From a virus, in the IMG/VR virus record IMGVR_UViG_3300020391_000005, positions 1 to 64,000 of that record: a stretch of DNA of 64,000 nucleotides; one strand, written 5' to 3'. A program made the position numbers and the translations under genes. Below, piece after piece: positions 57,344 through 64,000 of this stretch. Position 1 is the first letter of the stretch. The number at the start of each line of letters is the position of its first letter. The notes beneath the pieces are model-generated. The model was not told where the DNA came from. It did no database searches and was given only the letters and a program-made list of their open reading frames with translations.

Positions 57344-57435
57344 TAACCTCCTGGGTCGTAAAGCCACTGGCCCTTGAAGAGATACAACAGAGGTGGCTGG
57401 TTGTGTTTCGTGGAAGTTCGAGGTTAACGTTAACC
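57344..57435 (+). ncRNA. Candidate structured RNA (three-way junction with kissing loops), family unrecognised
   Basis: P1 57344-50/57420-26; P2 57353-57/57369-73; P3 57379-88/57400-09; loop-loop pairing AGCCAC(57362-67)/GTGGCT(57393-98); GC-richer than the flanks. Confidence 0.65.
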
Positions 57436-57458
57436 ACATAATAAGGAGGAAATAAATT

Positions 57459-58043
57459 ATGGGTAGTAGAAGATTAGGTAGAAGGAGATTATTCTCTTTA
57501 GATAAAGCAGGTCAGGAAGTAGACCTCGGTGCCGGAGAAGGAATTAAAGACGCTATTGTGTCAACAACACAAAAAAGAGAAGGTCATCAAATAATCACAG
57601 AAATTGCATTAGACCTTGGTACGTCGAAGGCTGAAATAAAAACCTCAGGTACCGGAGGCAACGGCGCGAGGAAGCCTTTCGGTGTTGCTGACAAGGAGGC
57701 TAGTATAGGACAGTTAACAGTAGCAAAGGTTGGGGTAGTCAATGAAGTGAGAGTTCAGGTCTTAGAAGCCATAGTCGGTGGTACCACCACATTTGATCTT
57801 GAGAGCGCCAACGATGGAGTTGGTAAATCAGGCGCTGTCGGGGCCCTAGGTACGGGCAACACTGCTCAACTCGACGCTATAACAAACACTGTCGGTGTAG
57901 ACATATCAAAATTGTTTGACGCTAACGAGCTAGCAGATAAATTTCTTTATGTTTGCCAGGGTGAAGACGACAACGCTGCAGCACTCACAGCTGGAAAGCT
58001 TCTTATTACGATCTATGGGGCTGCGGTCCCAGCGGATCTGTAA
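57459..58043 (+). CDS. Hypothetical protein (possible head decoration) with Arg-rich N-terminus
   Basis: AAGGAGG RBS; MGSRRLGRRRL followed by a Gly/Ala/Thr-rich beta domain. Confidence 0.8.
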   Translation: MGSRRLGRRRLFSLDKAGQEVDLGAGEGIKDAIVSTTQKREGHQIITEIALDLGTSKAEIKTSGTGGNGARKPFGVADKEASIGQLTVAKVGVVNEVRVQVLEAIVGGTTTFDLESANDGVGKSGAVGALGTGNTAQLDAITNTVGVDISKLFDANELADKFLYVCQGEDDNAAALTAGKLLITIYGAAVPADL

Positions 58044-58056
58044 GGAGGAGTGAATC

Positions 58057-58167
58057 ATGTCTAGAGCAAGAAGAGCGAAAGCGAGAAAATCTACCTCTAA
58101 AAAGGCACCACCAAAAAAGGTGAAGAAGGCCGAAAAGCCAAAGGCTGAAGAGGTCAAAGAAGAGTAA
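58057..58167 (+). CDS. 36-aa basic Lys/Ala/Pro-rich peptide (not in ORF track)
   Basis: AAGGAGG RBS; MSRARRAKARKSTSKKAPPKKVKKAEKPKAEEVKEE. Confidence 0.75.
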   Translation: MSRARRAKARKSTSKKAPPKKVKKAEKPKAEEVKEE

Positions 58168-58176
58168 AACCTTCAC

Positions 58177-58205
58177 GCCCCCCTGCAAAGGGGGGCTTTT
58201 TATTT
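58177..58205 (+). terminator. Rho-independent terminator
   Basis: GCCCCCCT-GCAA-AGGGGGGC followed by TTTTTATTT. Confidence 0.9.
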
Positions 58206-58221
58206 CACGAAAGGAAAAACA

Positions 58222-58503
58222 ATGGGAAAGAAAAAGAAAGCAATCTTAAAAAATAAGAGAATTGGAAATTTAGGCAAGTATGCAGCAAAGTTTTCAGCAT
58301 TAATAAAAACAACCACAGAAATTATAGAAGATAAAGTAGAAGAAGTTTTAGACAAGGTGGAAGAAACTTTGGACAAGACTCAAGAAATTATAGATTCTGC
58401 AAAGGAAGAGCCAAAGGTTGAGAAACCAAAGACCACAACGAAAAAGAAAACTACCCCTACAACACGTAGAAAGCGAACCACTAAAACTAAAACAGACACC
58501 TAG
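58222..58503 (+). CDS. Small protein with basic termini and an acidic core
   Basis: 93 aa; AAGGA RBS; K/T/R-rich tail. Confidence 0.7.
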   Translation: MGKKKKAILKNKRIGNLGKYAAKFSALIKTTTEIIEDKVEEVLDKVEETLDKTQEIIDSAKEEPKVEKPKTTTKKKTTPTTRRKRTTKTKTDT

Positions 58504-58523
58504 GTGAAATGCTATCTTGAACA

Positions 58524-58533
58524 ACTAGTTATA
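58524..58533 (+). promoter_or_regulatory. Putative late promoter motif (ACTAGTTATA)
   Basis: Intergenic, upstream of the neck genes. Confidence 0.5.
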
Positions 58534-58564
58534 ATGAATAGCTATAACTTGTGAGGGTCTATGC

Positions 58565-59824
58565 ATGTCAGCACCAATTTTAACACCGGCAAGTACTTTG
58601 TCTGCGATTGTCTTACCTATAACAGGCACGTTATCAAATGTAAATGATACATTGCCATATAAAATTTATTCAGATACATCTTCGCCTTTGTTTTCATCAG
58701 CTTTTGTGAGTGGTGCTGTTGACCAAGTTTCATATGTATTTAAGAAACTTGGAGGCGATATATTAGATGTTGAGCTAACAGAAGGTAATGTTTATACTGC
58801 ATATGAAGAATCGGTATTAGAATACTCTTACCTTGTAAATGTCCACCAAGCATCTAATATTTTATCTGATGCACTAGGAAATACTACAGGGTCTTTTGAT
58901 TCAAAGGGTAACATTCAAGCTGGATCTTTATCTTCATCTTTAGGTGGTGAACATGTAGCTTTAAAATATCCAAAATTTGATTATAGTATGACAAGGAGAA
59001 TTTCAGATGGTATTGGTTCTGAAGTTGGTTTAAATGGTTCTGTTCAGTTTTCTGCTTCGTTTGATATTGTTAGAAATCAGCAAGATTATGATTTGCAAGA
59101 AATTGTATCTACATCCACAGCATATTCCGGATCGGTCGCCGGGAAAAAGATTTTAATAAAAAAGGTTTTTTATAAAACGCCTCACGCGATGTGGAGGTTC
59201 TATGGCTACTATGGAGGCTTAAATGTGGTTGGGAATCTACACAACTATGGTCAATTTTCAGATGATTCTACATTTCAACTTGTTCCTACATGGCAAAACA
59301 AGCAACAAGCTTTGGCTTTTGAAGATGCAATATATACAAGGATGTCTCACTTTTCTTATGAGTTAAGGAACAATAAATTAAGATTATTTCCAATACCATT
59401 GCATGGCACACCAGAATCAATGTGGGTTGAATTTTCGATACCGACTGATATTTGGGATAATACTGAAACAGAAACTGATGGTATTAATAACATGAATACT
59501 TTGCCACTGGGTAATTTGCCTTTTGAAAATATAAACGCAATAGGAAAGCAATGGATTCGTAGGTTTGCATTATCACTTTGTAAAGAAATGCTAGGACAGG
59601 TAAGGTCTAAATTTGGAAACATACCAATACCAGGAGATCAAGTAACTCTTAATGGAACTGCCCTTTTATCAGAAGCAAAAGCAGAACAAGATAAGCTAAG
59701 AGAGGAGCTTAAAACCACCTTAGCAGAATTAACTTACGCTAAACTAGCGGAAAAAGATGCAACAATGTTAGATAATACAGAAAAGGTATTAGATAAAGTG
59801 CCAAATTATATTTTCGTGGGGTAG
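58565..59824 (+). CDS. Neck protein/head-tail adaptor (T4 gp13-like)
   Basis: KKLGGDILDVELT; WIRRFALSLCKEMLGQVRSKFGNIPIPGDQVTLNG..L.SEA..EQDKLREEL. Confidence 0.85.
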   Translation: MSAPILTPASTLSAIVLPITGTLSNVNDTLPYKIYSDTSSPLFSSAFVSGAVDQVSYVFKKLGGDILDVELTEGNVYTAYEESVLEYSYLVNVHQASNILSDALGNTTGSFDSKGNIQAGSLSSSLGGEHVALKYPKFDYSMTRRISDGIGSEVGLNGSVQFSASFDIVRNQQDYDLQEIVSTSTAYSGSVAGKKILIKKVFYKTPHAMWRFYGYYGGLNVVGNLHNYGQFSDDSTFQLVPTWQNKQQALAFEDAIYTRMSHFSYELRNNKLRLFPIPLHGTPESMWVEFSIPTDIWDNTETETDGINNMNTLPLGNLPFENINAIGKQWIRRFALSLCKEMLGQVRSKFGNIPIPGDQVTLNGTALLSEAKAEQDKLREELKTTLAELTYAKLAEKDATMLDNTEKVLDKVPNYIFVG

Positions 59825-59829
59825 TGTGA

Positions 59830-60318
59830 ATGTCAGATGATAATAAATGGGAACAACCAGCACAGCCACCTCCACCTCTTTTTACTGGAAAAAAAGAGAA
59901 AGACTTTGTTAAACAAGTAAATGACGAAGTTATAGAGAGAGTTGTCGGTCAGACTATAGCTTACTATCCAGTTAGTTTGGAACATACTAATTTTCATCCG
60001 ATATACGGCGAGGCAATAGAAAAAAGTTTTTTAAATCCGATTAGAGTTTATGCAATGGTTAAGTATGAATCGCAAAATACTACAACAACGCCATTAGGCG
60101 TAGATAGAGTGGAAAAAATAAGTGTTTTCTTTCATAAAAGAAGGCTATCAGAAGATCAAGATCTTTTTGTTAGAGAGGGAGATTTTGTTCAATATGGAGA
60201 ACACTTTTATGAAATTCTTAGTTTGGTAGAACCAAAATGGCTTTTCGGTCAAGTAGAGTCAAGGTTTGAAATTGCTGCATCATGTATTAGGGCTAGAGAG
60301 GGCTTATTTAATGTCTAA
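59830..60318 (+). CDS. Neck/head-closure protein (T4 gp14-like)
   Basis: EVIERVVGQTIAYY...HPIYGEA..KSF; FVREGDFV; follows gp13. Confidence 0.7.
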   Translation: MSDDNKWEQPAQPPPPLFTGKKEKDFVKQVNDEVIERVVGQTIAYYPVSLEHTNFHPIYGEAIEKSFLNPIRVYAMVKYESQNTTTTPLGVDRVEKISVFFHKRRLSEDQDLFVREGDFVQYGEHFYEILSLVEPKWLFGQVESRFEIAASCIRAREGLFNV

Positions 60319-61555
60319 AAAAATAACAGATCAAGAATCATCACTAAGAAAAGTACATTTTGAGCCGTCGACGTTGGAAACTATAGATAAATCCATGCTT
60401 AATTATATAGAAGGTTTAGATCTCTTTACTAACACTAATACTGGATGGCGGAAGGTGCCGATAATTTGGGGCTCTGCAGAGAGATCATATCAAGCAAAAA
60501 AACACAGTGAAGTTAGAGATACTCAAGGTATGTTAATTTTACCTATCATAACAATAAGAAGAATGTCAGTTGAAAAAGATATGGCGAGTAAAGGTGTTTT
60601 TCATGGAACAATTCCAGATTTCAAAGATCAGCAGGGAGGTACATTAGCTGTCTCCAGAGTTATATACCAAGAAAAAACCTCAAAATTTGCAGATGCGGAT
60701 GCTCTTAGATTACATAACCAATCTAATTACCCTAGACCTAACGCAAAGATTGTATATAGAACAGTGTCTGTACCAATGCCAGTTAATGTTACGGTTATGT
60801 ATGAGATAACTGTTAGGACAGAATATCAGCAACAGCTAAATCAACTAGTTCTTCCTTTTATAACTAACCCTGGAACGATAAACTACATTAGATTGTTTGA
60901 AGGTGATCATCGATTTGAAGGTTTTATCCAGGGCAATTTTTCATCAAATGATAATTTATCAGATTTTTCATCCGACGAAAGAAAATTTGAATTAAAAATT
61001 CCCATAAAAGTGATAGGATATCTTGTAGGCCAAAGTGATAATAGAGACAAGCCTCATTATGCTATTAGAGAAAATGCTGTGGAAGTAAAAATACCAAGAG
61101 AAAGAATCTCTTTGAACGAAATACCAGAACATGAGTATGGAGCTTATTACGGACTCTCAGGTGTACCTGGTAACATTATTCATCCTGGTTTTCCAACCCC
61201 TTTTATTTTATCTAACGTTCCAGCGGTCGGCGCTGGTTCAAGCACGGGAGGCGGAGGCGGTGGAGGCTCTTCTACCTCTGGCAATATCATTACAACAGAA
61301 AACTTTAGCGAAACTTTATCTAATAATATGGTAATCCGTGAAGTTTTGAAGTTAGACGGTGCTGCCCCACCAGACCCTAGGCAATACACTGTTACTGCAG
61401 CGACTGTAAGAGCAAACACTGAGTCCGTATATGTAAACGGCATGATTCAAGCAGTTGGTGCATCTAACGATTATACTATAAGTGGGAATATTATAACTTT
61501 TACATATGATATAATAGATAAAGATTCTATTTATGTAACCTACATAAAAGGTTAG
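60311..61555 (+). CDS. Tail terminator/sheath stabiliser (T4 gp15-like) with an appended C-terminal domain
   Basis: KVPIIWGSAER, LILPIITI, PVNVTVMYEITVRT...QLVLPF; poly-Gly linker then a beta domain; likely start ATG 60311. Confidence 0.7.
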   Translation: MSKKITDQESSLRKVHFEPSTLETIDKSMLNYIEGLDLFTNTNTGWRKVPIIWGSAERSYQAKKHSEVRDTQGMLILPIITIRRMSVEKDMASKGVFHGTIPDFKDQQGGTLAVSRVIYQEKTSKFADADALRLHNQSNYPRPNAKIVYRTVSVPMPVNVTVMYEITVRTEYQQQLNQLVLPFITNPGTINYIRLFEGDHRFEGFIQGNFSSNDNLSDFSSDERKFELKIPIKVIGYLVGQSDNRDKPHYAIRENAVEVKIPRERISLNEIPEHEYGAYYGLSGVPGNIIHPGFPTPFILSNVPAVGAGSSTGGGGGGGSSTSGNIITTENFSETLSNNMVIREVLKLDGAAPPDPRQYTVTAATVRANTESVYVNGMIQAVGASNDYTISGNIITFTYDIIDKDSIYVTYIKG

Positions 61556-61579
61556 TGACAAAAAAGAAAGGAAAAAACA

Positions 61580-61927
61580 ATGTCATCAGAAAATACAACA
61601 GAAGAATTACTAAATGAAAATAATGAAGAGAGTCAAGAAACATTTGACCCTTCTGAAATAGTAGAGGTTCCTTGGGAACAGGTAGAAAAGCTTTACAACC
61701 AAAGAAATGCTGTAATACAATTTGAAAAAGATGTTTCAGACTTTATATTACAGTCAGAAAAGCAAAAAAATAGATTATTAAGTCAATTATCAGAAGCAGA
61801 AAGAGGCTTATATTCCACAGCAACAGAGCTTCAACAGGAAATGAGTTTAAGTTCAGATCTTACTTATGAATTAAAAATGCCAGCTTCTCCTGGAGAAAAG
61901 GCATACTTTATAAGAAAAGACTCGTAA
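61580..61927 (+). CDS. Hypothetical acidic coiled-coil protein
   Basis: 115 aa; AAGGA RBS. Confidence 0.75.
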   Translation: MSSENTTEELLNENNEESQETFDPSEIVEVPWEQVEKLYNQRNAVIQFEKDVSDFILQSEKQKNRLLSQLSEAERGLYSTATELQQEMSLSSDLTYELKMPASPGEKAYFIRKDS

Positions 61928-61943
61928 ATCTCAATACTTTTGA

Positions 61944-61953
61944 ACTAGTTATG
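61944..61953 (+). promoter_or_regulatory. Putative late promoter motif (ACTAGTTATG)
   Basis: Intergenic ACTANTTA copy. Confidence 0.45.
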
Positions 61954-61990
61954 GTATCTATATATATAATATTTATTAGGGTGAGATGAT

Positions 61991-62227
61991 ATGGAGAACC
62001 AAAAAAATTTAAATACTTACGCTACTAGTGACATCGGCATCGCAGCTTACTTACAACTTAAAAAATTTAAATTATTACAATGCAAGCGTTTAGTATCGGG
62101 TAAATTTTATTTTTGTTTTGAAGACGAAAATATAGAGTGTCCCACAATAGCATTGGAATATTTAGATTCAGACTTTTGTCGGTTTGACAATAATGTTCGA
62201 AACCTTAAAAAAATATTATTTTCATAA
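61991..62227 (+). CDS. Small hypothetical protein (DUF5659-like)
   Basis: YATSDIGIAAYL...FYFCF pattern. Confidence 0.6.
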   Translation: MENQKNLNTYATSDIGIAAYLQLKKFKLLQCKRLVSGKFYFCFEDENIECPTIALEYLDSDFCRFDNNVRNLKKILFS

Positions 62228-62367
62228 TTTTATATTCTATTTAAAGAAGACAGTTTTTTTCTTTTATTAAAATCCCCTATTTTATAATATTACATTACCT
62301 TTATTCCATTCAAATTTGTTTATTAATATAATATTGAATATTGAACATATTTAGGAGGTAATAAAAT

Positions 62368-64000
62368 ATGGCTAATTCAAAACTAAGAAATTTTCAGCTC
62401 GAAAAGTTGACCGATTTTAACAAAGTTGATTCAGCAGCTGTCAACTTGACGGGCTCTTCTGCACACAGTTCTGCAATCGCTGACGAAGATGTGTTACTAA
62501 TCCAAGCAAACGCCGGTGGCGGTGCAAAAAAAGTAACGGCAGCGATACTTCAGAATTATTTTTCAAAAGTAGATATCTCTGAAAGTCAAGACGACGCAGA
62601 TCAGAGAATCATTTTCGCAAACGCAGGATCAGGAGATTTAAACTCTGATGCTTCTGCAGGTTCTGTCCTTGAGTTCGCTCATGGTGATGAACCATTTACC
62701 TTTAACGCGTCTTCGGGCTTGTTGAAGGTACCAGCTCTTCAAAATAGAAGTGGCTCTTTTACAGTTTCTTCAGCAGGTGCTCTAGTTGCATCAACAGCAA
62801 GAGTTTCTGACCTTTCAAGCGGCCGCGTTGTACTCGCTGGCAGCTCCGGTGAAATTGAAGATAGTGCAAATCTTTTGTTCGATGGGACAGTGTTAACACT
62901 TTCGGCATCATCTGGAACAGTCCTACGAAATAACGGATCTGAGTTTACTGTAACGGCTGCCGGTGCACTCGTAGCTGCAACCGCAAAAATTTCAGATCTT
63001 ACTTCTGGTCGCGTAACATTTGCTGGTACTAGTGGTGAACTTGAAGATAGTTCTAATCTTACATTTGATGGTACAGATTTGACAGTAGCTAGTGCTAAGG
63101 TATCTGATTTAACGTCTGGTAGAATCGTACTAGCAGGCACATCTGGTGCTCTTGAAGATAGTAACAAACTAACATTTGATGGTTCAACATTAGTAGTGAC
63201 TGGCGCTGTGGCAAACAGTGGAGGAACATTTTCAGTTACATCTGGCGGCGCTCTTGTAGCTGCTAGTGCCAAAGTATCTGATCTATCATCTGGCAGGGTT
63301 GTTCTTGCTGGTGGCTCTGGTGAGCTTGAGGATAGCAGTAACTTAACCTTTAATGGTTCGCAGTTAGCAGTAACTGGTATCATTTCGGGCTCTAGTCATC
63401 TTCACATCAATGGCGCAGCTGTGATTGCATCTTCTGCATCCGTTGGAGAAACATTAGGTGTCACTGGTATTGCTACCTTTAGTTCTGCTATAGATGCTAA
63501 TAGCACTGCAGACATTGCTGACACCCTTACATTAAGCAAGGGTTCCGGAACAGCATTGAGCGTAAGCTCCGGCGGCGGTGCAGTATTTTTAGGCACTGTC
63601 TCTGGCTCTAGCACACTACAAATTGGTGGCCAGGGTACTTTTGGAGATGTACTTACAGCTAATGGCGCAGGTAACGGTCTTGTTGTGGCTAACAATGCGG
63701 ACATTAACGGCGATCTTGATGCTGCCGGTACAGTACAACTTGGTACAAGCGGTGGTTCCGCCGACACAACTGTACGTGGTGATCTTGCAGTTGGTGAAAA
63801 TCTTACTGTAACTGGTAATTTTACCGTTAATGGTACAAGCACTGTTGTTGATAGTACAATCACAACGTTGAAAGACCCATTGATTGTTTTAGGTTCTGGC
63901 AACACAAGCAATATAAGAGACTTAGGTCTTATTCTTGAGCAGTCTGGATCAAGCACAAATCTAGGTTTCTTCTATGATAGAGATCAGTCAGAGTTTGCAG
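62368..64000 (+). CDS. Tail fibre-like protein, 5' part (runs off the window; not in ORF track)
   Basis: AGGAGG RBS; open frame MANSKLRNFQLEKL... to the window end; S/G/A/T-rich repeats; GNFTVNGTSTVVDSTITTLKDPLIVLG fibre-type motif. Confidence 0.85.
   Translation, partial: MANSKLRNFQLEKLTDFNKVDSAAVNLTGSSAHSSAIADEDVLLIQANAGGGAKKVTAAILQNYFSKVDISESQDDADQRIIFANAGSGDLNSDASAGSVLEFAHGDEPFTFNASSGLLKVPALQNRSGSFTVSSAGALVASTARVSDLSSGRVVLAGSSGEIEDSANLLFDGTVLTLSASSGTVLRNNGSEFTVTAAGALVAATAKISDLTSGRVTFAGTSGELEDSSNLTFDGTDLTVASAKVSDLTSGRIVLAGTSGALEDSNKLTFDGSTLVVTGAVANSGGTFSVTSGGALVAASAKVSDLSSGRVVLAGGSGELEDSSNLTFNGSQLAVTGIISGSSHLHINGAAVIASSASVGETLGVTGIATFSSAIDANSTADIADTLTLSKGSGTALSVSSGGGAVFLGTVSGSSTLQIGGQGTFGDVLTANGAGNGLVVANNADINGDLDAAGTVQLGTSGGSADTTVRGDLAVGENLTVTGNFTVNGTSTVVDSTITTLKDPLIVLGSGNTSNIRDLGLILEQSGSSTNLGFFYDRDQSEFA
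62797..63357 (+). repeat. Four about 30-aa coding repeats A(K/R)(V/I)SDL(S/T)SGR(V/I)xxAGxSGxxEDSxxLxF(D/N)G
   Basis: Copies start at 62797, 62983, 63094 and 63268. Confidence 0.9.

Noticed and set aside
57344-57426. Purine riboswitch or tRNA assignment for the structured RNA
   Set aside because: Topology is similar, but the conserved purine-aptamer junction and loop nucleotides are not evident; there is no cloverleaf or T-loop in proper context
1333-61561. Numerous 60-200-aa minus-strand or nested ORFs in the track
   Set aside because: All overlap well-supported + strand genes and show no recognisable motifs
62739-63956. Minus-strand ORFs of 214 and 184 aa
   Set aside because: Shadows of the + strand fibre gene starting at 62368, which has a strong RBS and fibre motifs
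1-64000. Genome-wide stop-codon reassignment
   Set aside because: Giant ORFs are intact in code 11, and TAA, TAG and TGA all end genes at tight junctions

Overview
This is a 64-kb, AT-rich, gene-dense segment of a large T4-related (Far-T4/jumbo-like) myophage genome; all credible genes lie on the + strand. Gene order: gp55-like sigma factor; baseplate block (gp5-like spike with HxH, 3167-aa giant, gp25, gp6, 4217-aa gp7-like LamG/FG-GAP giant, accessory proteins); a replication/recombination island (RuvC-like resolvase, primase, IscA, fused Mre11-Rad50) with sigma70-type promoters; a holin/spanin-like lysis cassette; large terminase, portal, prohead protease, ribosomal protein bS21, scaffold, major capsid protein, gp13/14/15-like neck genes; and a repeat-rich fibre gene running off the window end. 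Three small ORFs and the terminal fibre gene are missing from the supplied track. The most interesting unexplained signals are: (1) a three-way-junction, kissing-loop RNA with a competing palindrome that heads a small self-contained transcription unit (Arg-rich-tailed protein plus basic peptide) just after the capsid gene; (2) a 21-aa Cys peptide ending GC-UGA plus a hairpin, in frame with the prohead protease and beside a CxxC membrane protein; (3) a recurring ACTANTTA putative late promoter; (4) a shared N-terminal putative capsid-targeting motif; (5) strong (S/T)-(G/A)-S enrichment in a subset of virion proteins. All assignments are by-eye motif recognition; no searches were run.
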